Positions 49,512-59,303 of a stretch of DNA of 64,000 nucleotides are shown in pieces. Positions within the stretch are counted from its first letter, which is position 1; every line of letters starts with the position of its first letter. The notes under the pieces are model-generated. The model had not been told where the DNA came from and did no database searches. It worked only from the letters and a program-made list of their open reading frames with translations. Made by a program: the position numbers and the translations under genes. Origin of the DNA: Candidatus Borrarchaeum weybense (GTDB taxonomy: Archaea; Asgardarchaeota; Sifarchaeia; Borrarchaeales; Borrarchaeaceae); assembly GCA_019057385.1 (NCBI GenBank), contig JAHQJS010000004.1:820627-884626 (forward strand). Direction: 5' to 3'.

Positions 49512-50087
49512 ATGAAAACTCAAAAAGAGCCTGTATGGCCAAATTTTTTATTTCCATCACCCGTTGTTTTGGTAACCTGCTTAGATGAAGAGAAAGGAGG
49601 AGCAAATATCATAACACTTGCCTGGGCATCGAATTTTTCATTAAATCCTCCTACAATAGGAATAGGTGTCGGTACAGGAAGATATTCGTATAAACTCATT
49701 GAAAAAACAGGCGAGTTTGTTGTAAATATCCCGTCAAAGAAGCATCTACATGAATCCGATTTTTGTGGTGTGACTTCTGGGAAAAAGGTTGACAAGTTTT
49801 CTTTGACAAAGTTCAATACCGTGCCTGCAATCAAAGTAAAAACACCACTTATTAAAGAATGCCCTGTAAATATCGAATGTAGGGTTTCTAAAATCATCGA
49901 CAGTGGAAGTCATGGGATCATTATCGGAGAAATTCTATTGATGCATGTCGATGAAGAAATACAAACATCACAAGAGACTATTGATTACTCAAAAGCAGAT
50001 CCGATATTATATCTCAATGGAGATTATTGGAGTGTTGGAGAAGAAATAGGAAAACACGGTCTTTCTAAAGGAAAACCCCGCGAATAA
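49512..50087 (+). CDS. Flavin reductase-like protein
   Basis: PSPVVLV, NIITLAW, GEFVVNIP, ECPVNIEC, SH. Confidence 0.9.
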   Translation: MKTQKEPVWPNFLFPSPVVLVTCLDEEKGGANIITLAWASNFSLNPPTIGIGVGTGRYSYKLIEKTGEFVVNIPSKKHLHESDFCGVTSGKKVDKFSLTKFNTVPAIKVKTPLIKECPVNIECRVSKIIDSGSHGIIIGEILLMHVDEEIQTSQETIDYSKADPILYLNGDYWSVGEEIGKHGLSKGKPRE

Positions 50088-50115
50088 AATGAAATGTGTT
50101 GCAGAGGCGATTTAA

Positions 50116-51957
50116 ATGAAAGGCTGGAATGGGAAAATTCTCAGAGTGAATTTATCAAATAAAACACATCTCGTAGAGACATTTAACGAAAATTTTGCCA
50201 AGAAATGGCTCGGTGGAAGAGGATTTGCACTAAAAATATTGTGGGATGAATTAAAGCCAGGAATAGATCCATTAGGTCCCGAAAACAAACTTATTATTGC
50301 ATTAGGACCGATTTCTGGAATTAGTGCACCAAACACTGGCAAGGTTGTTGTTGCGGCTAAATCTCCTTTAACAGGAGGATACGGAGATGGTAATATTGGC
50401 TCACATATCGCAATCCAATTGAGAAAAGCTGGATATGATGCTTTAGTTGTTGAAGGCATTTCTAATGAACCTGTGTGTCTTTCTATTGAAGATGATAAAG
50501 TGGATTTTCTTTCAGTAAAGGAATGGTGGGGAAATGGTACATATGAAACAATAGAACTTATTGAGGAAAAATTTGGAAAACATGCGGCGCATCTTGTAAT
50601 AGGACAAGCTGGAGAAAATCTTGTTAGATATGCCGTAATTAGATCAATGGAAGGGAGAGCAGGTGGACGACCTGGTATTGGCGCCGTTATGGGCTCAAAG
50701 AAATTGAAAGCAATAGTTGTCAAAGGAACAAAGAATTTATATGATATAGTCGCAGATCAAGAAAAAATGAAACAATTGGGTTCTCAAGGAATGAAGAAAG
50801 TTAGGGAACTTGATGATCAGACTAATTGGACAAAACAATCAACCAACGCAATTTTATCCTGGTGTAACGATTTTGATGCACTTCCAGTTAGGAATTTCAG
50901 GAAAACGTCACATCCATTATCACACAAAATCGATGGTGAAGCATTACAAAAAGCACGTATTGCAACATATGGATGTCCTCATTGTGTTATGAGGTGCGGT
51001 ATTGCCATTAATGATGATGAAGGACATATCAGTGAACTCGATTATGAGAACATTGGTATGCTGGGTGCAAATTTAGAAATATTTGACCTTCCAGCTGTTG
51101 GGACTCTTAATTATCTCTGTGACGATTATGGACTAGATACGATAAGTACAGGGAGTGTTTTAGGTTTCTATGCAGATGCTATAGAACAGGGACTCTATAA
51201 TGGCAATTTTAAATTTGGAGATGCAGAGGCTGCTAAAGAACTCATCAAAATGATTGCTTATAGAAAAGATGTTGGTGACTTCTTAGCCGAAGGAACTAAA
51301 CGTATGAGTGAAGAAATCGGTAATAATTCACATGAATTTGCGATGCAAGTGAAAGGACTTGAAGTTTCTGCTTATAATTGTAAATTCTGTCCTGGTATGG
51401 CATTAGCCTTTGGTACTTCAGGCATTGGAGCTCATCACAAAGAAGCTTGGGTAATTATGTTTGAATTAACTGAAATGAAACGTGAATCATATGACGCGAA
51501 GAAAGCTGAGAAGGTTATTGAACTTCAAAGAATTCGCGGAGGATTGTTCGAAGGACTAATTAGTTGTAGATTTCCTTGGATAGAAGAAGGATTTGAGTTA
51601 GAAAACTATCTAAATTATTTTGAAGCAACTACTGGCATTAGCTTCTCATTCGATGATTTTTGGGAGATTGCTGATAGATATTATGCCTTAATGCGGGCAT
51701 TTTTAGTTAGAGAATTTGCAGAAGAATGGAATCGCAGAATGGATCATCCACCTGCAATGTGGTTTAAGGACCCAATCCCGAACGGTGAACTTGCTGGAAA
51801 GATCCTGGACTTGCAGAAATATGATGAACTTCTATCAGCTTACTATGAATTGAGAGGATGGGACGAGAGAGGAATACCTAAGAAAACTACTTTTGAAAAA
51901 CTCAAAATTATTGATGTCTCAAAGGAATTATCGAACTTCATCAATCTATCATCCTAA
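50116..51957 (+). CDS. Tungsten aldehyde:ferredoxin oxidoreductase family protein
   Basis: LGGRG, KSPLTG, GRPGIGAVMGSK, CPHC...C, YEN, GLDTIS, YYELRGWD. Confidence 0.93.
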   Translation: MKGWNGKILRVNLSNKTHLVETFNENFAKKWLGGRGFALKILWDELKPGIDPLGPENKLIIALGPISGISAPNTGKVVVAAKSPLTGGYGDGNIGSHIAIQLRKAGYDALVVEGISNEPVCLSIEDDKVDFLSVKEWWGNGTYETIELIEEKFGKHAAHLVIGQAGENLVRYAVIRSMEGRAGGRPGIGAVMGSKKLKAIVVKGTKNLYDIVADQEKMKQLGSQGMKKVRELDDQTNWTKQSTNAILSWCNDFDALPVRNFRKTSHPLSHKIDGEALQKARIATYGCPHCVMRCGIAINDDEGHISELDYENIGMLGANLEIFDLPAVGTLNYLCDDYGLDTISTGSVLGFYADAIEQGLYNGNFKFGDAEAAKELIKMIAYRKDVGDFLAEGTKRMSEEIGNNSHEFAMQVKGLEVSAYNCKFCPGMALAFGTSGIGAHHKEAWVIMFELTEMKRESYDAKKAEKVIELQRIRGGLFEGLISCRFPWIEEGFELENYLNYFEATTGISFSFDDFWEIADRYYALMRAFLVREFAEEWNRRMDHPPAMWFKDPIPNGELAGKILDLQKYDELLSAYYELRGWDERGIPKKTTFEKLKIIDVSKELSNFINLSS

Positions 51958-52020
51958 TTTTTTAAAGAAATTTGCATGAAGAAAAATAACTTTTCTTTTT
52001 TTTTAAGCTGCAAAAACAAG

Positions 52021-52160
52021 GATAAGAAGAAGGTAGCGGTTATCCGAAAAAGAGTAGAAGGGATCTTGATGACCGCTACCATATCTTATTTCTTATCGCG
52101 CGCACTACATGGGGGGCAAGAAAATTGATAGCACTATTCAAATGCTATTCAAGTGCAATT
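52021..52160 (-). ncRNA. Candidate structured ncRNA
   Basis: Nested stems 52021-28/52090-97 and 52032-40/52072-80; minus-strand TTTTTATA box at 52183-52190. Confidence 0.3.
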
Positions 52161-52388
52161 AATTTACTATTCGCATGAATAGTATAAAAAGATTTCTGTT
52201 TTTGTGTTATGCTCGTCATTTTTTTGCGAACATCACAATTTTTTAGAACTTTGGAACCTTAATTATGTATTTTTTTTGCGAACATCGTAATAAAGTTTTA
52301 TAATCAGATTTCAAAAAAAATTTGTCATTATAATCTAAGAAAAAGAAATGACAGGAAAGTTCGAAAGAGCGAGAAAGTCTTCAGAAAA

Positions 52389-53120
52389 TTAAATGTCTGT
52401 AGGTTGAATGTAGCAATCAATTGCATTCAGACGAAGAAGCTGTCTTAGAGTGAGTGCTAAGTCCTCTTCATTTAGTGCATCAACACGCGAATTTAATTCG
52501 GCAAAATTGACTAAATCTGTACGTAACACAGATATAGCTTCGTCAACACCTTCTTCAGTGATTGTATCATAGCTATTGATAAAAATCTGAACAGAAGCTG
52601 ATTTTTTCTTTTTCTCATAAATTACTGCGCCTTCTTTGCCTACATGCCAGTAGAATTTTTCTTTCTCATCTAGAAGATATTTAACATCTCCAATATCTTC
52701 AACTTGTTGAAAGATTAGATCTTGGAAGTTCTTTAAAACTATGTCGCCGACTTCTGCAATTACAGCTTCCTCAAGAACATCCTTTTTGAACTCTTCAGCT
52801 AAACGGGCTTCTAGTTCAAATACTGTTTCTGTAAGGATAGTTCCAAACCTCTTGCTCTCTAATCCAACTAAAAGTACGCCGATAACGTGTGCTCCGTATC
52901 GAAAAACTAGGAAACTGTCTCCATAATTCATAGTCATCTCGTTTAAACCAGTTTCTACATCTGAAGGAAAAGTTGTTTCAACGACTTTAGAAACAGTCTC
53001 TACAAACCCACTGATTGTATCAGCATCTATAGATCCATTTTTTATCAATTCTTTCCAAACTAAAACCCGTTTTGTCCTTGAATGAAGAAAGAAGAATGAT
53101 TGTAGCATATAATCCCTCAT
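52389..53120 (-). CDS. Longin-like protein with possible C-terminal winged helix
   Basis: FFFLH...DADTISGFVETV...FLVFRYGAHVIGVLLV. Confidence 0.55.
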   Translation of the reverse strand: MRDYMLQSFFFLHSRTKRVLVWKELIKNGSIDADTISGFVETVSKVVETTFPSDVETGLNEMTMNYGDSFLVFRYGAHVIGVLLVGLESKRFGTILTETVFELEARLAEEFKKDVLEEAVIAEVGDIVLKNFQDLIFQQVEDIGDVKYLLDEKEKFYWHVGKEGAVIYEKKKKSASVQIFINSYDTITEEGVDEAISVLRTDLVNFAELNSRVDALNEEDLALTLRQLLRLNAIDCYIQPTDI

Positions 53121-53365
53121 TGGTACATTGTTTAATATAATGCAATATATGGGATATTTAACTGTAAAAAGATTTCGTCTTTAGCAGAATTTTTAAATTG
53201 TTTTTGAAAAACGGTTTCCATCTATGAAGAGCACAAGATTTAACCGTCATTTTAAATAACTAATTCACTAGTTTAAAAAAACTCAAACTCATGAAGGTAA
53301 AACATAAAACAACTAAATAGTGGTATATATCACGCATTTTTTTAATTTAGTGGGGTATCAACAGC

Positions 53366-55336
53366 ATGGATACAGGAATAGATGCACGAAAATGGATTTA
53401 CGTGCTATTTGTAGTAGGTTATATTCCTGCTGTTTGGGTTTTATTGCCAGGTATCCCTACAGGCGATGATACGAGTACTCACTTATTCTTTTCTATATTT
53501 ATGATCAATGAACTAAAAATAGCAGGTCATATGCCCGCATGGTTTCCCTATTGGTATTGTGGTATCATTGCATTCCCGTTTTACGAGCCAGGATTTCCTT
53601 TAATTGTTAATGATTTGCATTTATTCTCGGGGATAAATCCTTTCCTATCTTACAAGATGTTTGTATTTTTTTCCTATGGGTTAGTAAATTTTTCATTATA
53701 TATTCTAGCACGTAGTTTTGAATTAGACGAGAAAACTACAGCTGTAACATTATTGTTCTTTCAACTTACGAATGGTTTCTTTTATCAAGTGATAAGAATT
53801 GGTGGGTCAACAACAGCAATTGGGTTATTCTTCTTGTGTACGTATGTAACGTTTTTGAAGAAGATGAAGGATGAAGTCTCACAAGAAAGCTACAAATCTA
53901 CAATTCTGTCGGGAATTTTTCTTAGTGCAATTTTCCTTACTCATTATACCACTTTTTTTGCAGCAATTCTTTTATTCACGCTATTTCTATTGATCAACAG
54001 AAATATTTCGATATTGAAGCATATACTAGGCAGTTTTCTCATTTTCGTTGTTTTTTCGTCACCTATATTCGTTTTATTGATTCCGCAGTTAGGAATTGCG
54101 AGATTATCTTATTATCTACCCCCTGCATCACCTCTGTTTCTAGTTCTAAGAAGTTATCCTGCTTTTATTATAGGGGGGTTAGGTCTAATTCGTCACTTCT
54201 TGGGTGACAAGAGACTCTTAAAACTTCCCTGGCAAATAATTGTAGGCCTATTTGTGATAATAGCAGGACTTTTGTTATTCGTAAATGAATTATCTATTTT
54301 AAACAGATTCGTCACTTACGGAATGGTAGCTACGGTTTTAGGATTACTTATGATTGGCAAAAATGAGATGAATATTCCTCCTAAACTAGTTGAATTTGGA
54401 ACGCTTTGGCTAATAGCATGTAGCATTATTTTTTTTGGTAGTCATTTACCATTAACTCCATACTGGCCTGAATTGGCGGAGATTTTAATTCAGAGGAATT
54501 TATCAAATAGATTCGTTATTTATGGATCACCAATTGCTGCACTATTTGGAGGCGCAACTATTTCTCACAAACTAAATTTCAAATTGTCAAAAAATTGGAG
54601 AAAAGAACAGTTTTTACCATTTGTCATAATGGGTCTGGTTATTTCTACATCGATAGCTATTTGGGTACCATCGCTTCCTACTGGAAACGAAGTAATTCCA
54701 CAGGGCATTATTGACTACTTCAATGAACAAAATGATGAAGGCCGAATCCTTTTAGCAGGATGTGGTAACCACTTTCAATTATTGCCCATTTACACAGGAA
54801 AATCGATTTTTCAAGGGCATCGGCCAGAATCCGCCCAATTAGATATTTTTAAAGAGGCGGCAACTGACGTGATGGGAACTTATTCGAAGATTATTGAAAA
54901 TGCAGAGTTATATGGGATTAAATGGATAATTGTTGGAACCTGGGAATTCTTCTTATTGGTGGATTCATCACAAAAATTCAGCGTCGTTCACGATGAATTT
55001 GTACAGAAAGGCGATAAGATAATTGCATATCGAATTTTTAAGACAGATGCAAAGATTTCCTTCTTAGACGTACAGCCCTCAAGTTTACAAGACAGATTTA
55101 CATATGAGCGATTAAATGTACACGAAATTAAAATTGCAGCACACAATGTGGATACTCCAGTGAAATTACTTGTAAAAGAAGCCTACACCACAGATTGGAG
55201 CGCATATGTAGATGGGAGTGAGGAGATTAAACTATCCCAGAATAATGAAACAGGTTTTATTGAATTTGAAATTCAGAAACAGGGCTCATATGAAGTCATA
55301 TTGGTATTTTCTCTTTCATTGATAACTTCATCTTGA
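53366..55336 (+). CDS. PTPS-related / GT-C fold membrane protein
   Basis: GDDTSTHL, PAWFPYWYCG..FPFYEP; many TM helices; C-terminal WSAYVDG. Confidence 0.7.
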   Translation: MDTGIDARKWIYVLFVVGYIPAVWVLLPGIPTGDDTSTHLFFSIFMINELKIAGHMPAWFPYWYCGIIAFPFYEPGFPLIVNDLHLFSGINPFLSYKMFVFFSYGLVNFSLYILARSFELDEKTTAVTLLFFQLTNGFFYQVIRIGGSTTAIGLFFLCTYVTFLKKMKDEVSQESYKSTILSGIFLSAIFLTHYTTFFAAILLFTLFLLINRNISILKHILGSFLIFVVFSSPIFVLLIPQLGIARLSYYLPPASPLFLVLRSYPAFIIGGLGLIRHFLGDKRLLKLPWQIIVGLFVIIAGLLLFVNELSILNRFVTYGMVATVLGLLMIGKNEMNIPPKLVEFGTLWLIACSIIFFGSHLPLTPYWPELAEILIQRNLSNRFVIYGSPIAALFGGATISHKLNFKLSKNWRKEQFLPFVIMGLVISTSIAIWVPSLPTGNEVIPQGIIDYFNEQNDEGRILLAGCGNHFQLLPIYTGKSIFQGHRPESAQLDIFKEAATDVMGTYSKIIENAELYGIKWIIVGTWEFFLLVDSSQKFSVVHDEFVQKGDKIIAYRIFKTDAKISFLDVQPSSLQDRFTYERLNVHEIKIAAHNVDTPVKLLVKEAYTTDWSAYVDGSEEIKLSQNNETGFIEFEIQKQGSYEVILVFSLSLITSS

Positions 55337-55403
55337 TTTAAACAGAAACTCTAGATATGAGAAAAGACTATTTTGGATAATTAAAAAAAGAAAATACTTG
55401 CTA

Positions 55404-55709
55404 TTAAACTTCTTTTTCGGCCTCTCTTAGTACAATTAACGTTTGTTCTTCCTCAGGGGCTACAAGAATGTTCCCCTCTTGCGTATCTAAAATCAGGAAG
55501 TTGTAGCTTTCCTCGCCGAGAGCCTGAACAACTTGTGACGTTTTTTTAACTAATGATGTAATTAATGCCGCAACCTTCTCTGTTTTCTCCATATCTATCG
55601 TTGAGCTGATAGGTAGTCCCTCAGAGCTTGTTACTATGACACCTTTCACGCCTTTGAATGACGCTAATTTCTTTTTAGTGCTCTCAAAATCATCCTGAGA
55701 TATCATCAA
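55404..55709 (-). CDS. Roadblock/LC7 domain protein
   Basis: KGVKGVIVTSSEGLPISS...VAAL...ILVAP. Confidence 0.9.
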   Translation of the reverse strand: MMISQDDFESTKKKLASFKGVKGVIVTSSEGLPISSTIDMEKTEKVAALITSLVKKTSQVVQALGEESYNFLILDTQEGNILVAPEEEQTLIVLREAEKEV

Positions 55710-55858
55710 AAGTCACATCCCATAAGACTAAAAATGTGAAATACCTTCTGGCTAAATAATGATTCGGTCACTTAAAAATTTTCGTAATACTCTTATCTGT
55801 TAATCTTAACAAATATGATTATAAGCGATCATATTTCTCACAAAAAGGTAGAGCAAAA

Positions 55859-57103
55859 TTGAAACTAATTATTTTTGATGTTGAAGGTGTAGTATTTGAT
55901 GATTACTACGTACTTCATGTTGCCAAGAATTTAGGGCCTCTTGTATTCTTCAAATTCCTACTATATGCAGCTATCTATAAGCTTCGGATTATTGAGGTCG
56001 AAGACGCATTCAAAAAAATCTATAGAAGTTTTAGAGGTGCTCCTAAATCGGTTTTCATTCATAGTTATAGCATGTTAAAAAAAATGGATGGATGGAAACA
56101 GACTGCAGAAGCCTTAATTCGAAATGGTAACCTTATTGCCTTTGTTTCAATTGGGTTTCCAACCTTTCTTCTCCGAAAATTAGCAAAAGAGATACATACA
56201 GAGACGAATCTTGTTTTTGGCGTAGATTTGGAATTTGTCGATGGGCATTTTTCAGGAAACATCTCGGGTGAAGTGACAAATTGTGGTGGTAAAGCTTTTA
56301 TTGTTGAAAGTATGTTAACTCAACTTAATTTGACTAAGCAAAATGTTGTTACTGTTTCAAATGACAGAAATAACATCTGTATGTTTCAATATGCGAATCT
56401 TAACATAGGTTTTAAGCCAGATCTGAAGTTAAGACGCATCGCAGATGCATTAGTCGGTGAAAAAGACATTGAACTGATCTTGCCCTATATCATAAAAGGC
56501 TATGAGTTAAAAGAACGTGAGACCCCGATTAAACTTGTAAGAGAAGTTAAGAGACAATTAGTACATATGTCTGGCTTTTTTGCAGTTTTTTTGTGGATAG
56601 TTTCTCCGCTGTTGTCGTTTGCGATTTTATTTTCTTTGATATTTTCATACATATTCTCAGAATCTCTTCGAATGGATGGATTATACATCTTTCCAGTTGA
56701 ACGAATAGTCCGGACGCTAGGCAGGAGAGAAGAACTTCATTTGTTTGTTGTGAATCCACTTTATTTAGCAATTGGAATTCTGCTTCCACTACTTCTTTTT
56801 GTTCCTCCAATTTCATTTGTTGCAGTTACTGTTTTAGCGTTTGGTGACAGTATTTCAACTATCGTTGGAATTAAACTTGGACGGCATCATATCCCTTATA
56901 ATAAAACTAAAAGCCTTGAAGGAAGTATTTCAGGGTTCATTGTTGCTTCTATTATGTCGTCCCTCTTTATTTCACCCTTGTTTGCTATAATTGCAGCTTT
57001 GAGTGGAATGATAATTGAGTCTTTGCCAATTCCCGTTAATGATAATATTTCCATTCCATTGAGCATAGGGATTATTTTGACTGTCTGGATGTTGGTGTTC
57101 TAG
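55859..57103 (+). CDS. HAD (SerB-like) hydrolase fused to dolichol/phytol-kinase-like domain
   Basis: N-terminal IFDVEGV, K, ND..N; C-terminal RQLVH, GDSIS.IVG..LGRH, KSLEGS, DNISIP. Confidence 0.8.
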   Translation: MKLIIFDVEGVVFDDYYVLHVAKNLGPLVFFKFLLYAAIYKLRIIEVEDAFKKIYRSFRGAPKSVFIHSYSMLKKMDGWKQTAEALIRNGNLIAFVSIGFPTFLLRKLAKEIHTETNLVFGVDLEFVDGHFSGNISGEVTNCGGKAFIVESMLTQLNLTKQNVVTVSNDRNNICMFQYANLNIGFKPDLKLRRIADALVGEKDIELILPYIIKGYELKERETPIKLVREVKRQLVHMSGFFAVFLWIVSPLLSFAILFSLIFSYIFSESLRMDGLYIFPVERIVRTLGRREELHLFVVNPLYLAIGILLPLLLFVPPISFVAVTVLAFGDSISTIVGIKLGRHHIPYNKTKSLEGSISGFIVASIMSSLFISPLFAIIAALSGMIIESLPIPVNDNISIPLSIGIILTVWMLVF

Positions 57104-57149
57104 TAGAAAAGAATTTTTCATTAAATCAATTAATTCGTCTTATTAAAGT

Positions 57150-57614
57150 TTAAAATTCTTCACCCGATAGAATTCTTTCCTTATGAAAGGAAATGAATTT
57201 TTTAAGCCATTCTTGGCTTTCTTGTGTATGTTGGATAAATTCTATCAGACTTGTAAGACGTTTAACTGTTTCTTGATTCACATTATGCTCTATTTCGCAC
57301 GCATCTCTCTCTGCAACTTCATCATTAATTCCTAACAATTGTAAAAATGCTTTTAGAATATCATGACGTCTTCTAACAATTTCCGCGATTTTGGTTCCCT
57401 TTTCAGTCAATTTAATGGGGCTATACCTTTCCTGAGTAACAAAACCTCTTTTTTTCAACTTTTGAACCATTTCTGTGACGCTGGCAGGGCTTATACCTAA
57501 TTTTCCTGCGATATCGGAAACACGTGCTTTCCCCTTTTCACTTATGAGTTCCAAAATTACCTCAAGATATTCTTCTTCAACTTTTTTCCGTCCCGTCATT
57601 TTTCTCAAATCCAT
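57150..57614 (-). CDS. DtxR/MntR metal-dependent regulator
   Basis: EEYLEVI, SPASVTEMV, RRHDIL, DACEIEH. Confidence 0.93.
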   Translation of the reverse strand: MDLRKMTGRKKVEEEYLEVILELISEKGKARVSDIAGKLGISPASVTEMVQKLKKRGFVTQERYSPIKLTEKGTKIAEIVRRRHDILKAFLQLLGINDEVAERDACEIEHNVNQETVKRLTSLIEFIQHTQESQEWLKKFISFHKERILSGEEF

Positions 57615-57628
57615 TTTTAGTTTTTGAC

Positions 57629-59266
57629 TCAGGACTTTTCTAAAAGATCTTCAAAAACCTTAATGGTATTAACATCGACATCGATTACAGTAGGACGTTG
57701 AGAGGATATTGCTTCTTTTAGAGCTGCTTTAAAACTACCAACATCAGTAGGATCAACTTTGATACCGTCTGCTCCGAAACCTTCTGCAATTTTGGCGTAA
57801 TCGGTCCTCGTTAGATTGACTGCACGAATTTTTTTATCATACTCAAGTTGTTGAAATTTAATTAAACCGTAAGCTGAGTCATTGAAAACTATCGTGGTCA
57901 TTGGTAACTCATAACGAACCAATGTTTCTAGATCACACATCACCATGGAAAACGCTCCGTCTCCGGTAAGTGAAATCACTGTTTTTTCGTTATTCTTGTC
58001 GGCAAATTTTGCACCAACTGCAGCTGGAAATGAAAATCCCATCGGATAGAAACCACCTGGAAACAGCCATGCTCCAGGTTTTGAGCTTTTTATTTTTAAA
58101 TGTCTCACTGCAAGGAATGCATGTATACCAACATCCAAAGACACAACCGAATTTCTATCTAAAACATCATTTACTGTCTCGATGAGATCTAATCCTATAT
58201 TTTGAATTCTGAGACGATTGAGAGTCTTGCTCCAGTTCTTTTTAAGTTCTACAAACTTAGCGTGTTTTTCTGTTTGTTGTCTTGAGGGAATCGATTTTAT
58301 TATTTTTTGAAGTGTTAATCTGAGGTTACTGCTAACAATTTCGTAAGAAGAATCATATTGGGACTTGATTTTAAGAGGGTGAGTGCTAATAAAGAAAACA
58401 TCCCTCGAAGGAAGAGGGAAACGCGGTGCCAGTTCAAAATCATTTGCTCCTACCACTATCACTAAATCGGATTGTTCTAACACCCAATTAGCATGAGGTG
58501 ATGTTAATGTGGTTTTCCATACTTTTGCAACTATCCCACCAAAAAGTAAATCATCTGGATGAAGAATGCCCATTGCATTTCGTGTACATAAAACTGGCAT
58601 TTGTAAGCGCTCAGAAAGTTGAGAAATCTCTTGAGAACAGCCTTGCAATTTAGCCTCCCATGCACAAATCAAAACAGGAAATTCCGATTTGTTGAGTAGT
58701 TTTACTAATTCTGATGTATCAGCATTTTCAGTTTCATCTTTTTGTTTCTCCTCAGATGGATGGACATTTTCAATTTCTTTTCTTTGGAGGTCCATCGGAA
58801 AATCAATATGCACTGGACCTGGTGGACTGCTTGCTGCCAAAGTAAATGCATCGTCAAAATAGGGTTGAATTTGGTTACCGTCAGTAATTCTAACGCTTTT
58901 CTTTGTGATGGTTTCAAAAATCCGCGGGTGATCCAAAAACTGAGGATACGGTTTACCAAAATAAGACAACGGCATCTGCCCCGTTATTGCTACTAATGGG
59001 TGATGACATTGAAAGGCATTGGCTACACTAATTACAAGGTTCGCTGCACCCGGACCTCCCCTAACGAATGTAACTCCCGGTCTCTGTTTCGCAAGTCCGT
59101 ATCCTGCTGCCATAAAACCAGCACATTCTTCATGGCGAGTTGAAACAAACTCTACATCTTCTAAATCTTCAATAACTTCCATGACGTCTCCGCCTGGAAT
59201 CCCAAAGAAATAATCAATATCATGTTTAACTAAGCTCTCCTCAAATATTTTTGAACCACGTTTCAT
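57629..59266 (-). CDS. Thiamine-diphosphate-dependent enzyme (acetolactate synthase/decarboxylase family)
   Basis: FGIPGG, RHEECAGFMA, GPGAAN, GDGAF...ND. Confidence 0.92.
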   Translation of the reverse strand: MKRGSKIFEESLVKHDIDYFFGIPGGDVMEVIEDLEDVEFVSTRHEECAGFMAAGYGLAKQRPGVTFVRGGPGAANLVISVANAFQCHHPLVAITGQMPLSYFGKPYPQFLDHPRIFETITKKSVRITDGNQIQPYFDDAFTLAASSPPGPVHIDFPMDLQRKEIENVHPSEEKQKDETENADTSELVKLLNKSEFPVLICAWEAKLQGCSQEISQLSERLQMPVLCTRNAMGILHPDDLLFGGIVAKVWKTTLTSPHANWVLEQSDLVIVVGANDFELAPRFPLPSRDVFFISTHPLKIKSQYDSSYEIVSSNLRLTLQKIIKSIPSRQQTEKHAKFVELKKNWSKTLNRLRIQNIGLDLIETVNDVLDRNSVVSLDVGIHAFLAVRHLKIKSSKPGAWLFPGGFYPMGFSFPAAVGAKFADKNNEKTVISLTGDGAFSMVMCDLETLVRYELPMTTIVFNDSAYGLIKFQQLEYDKKIRAVNLTRTDYAKIAEGFGADGIKVDPTDVGSFKAALKEAISSQRPTVIDVDVNTIKVFEDLLEKS

Positions 59267-59303
59267 TTTACCTCACCTTATCACATGATCATTCCTAATA
59301 TCG

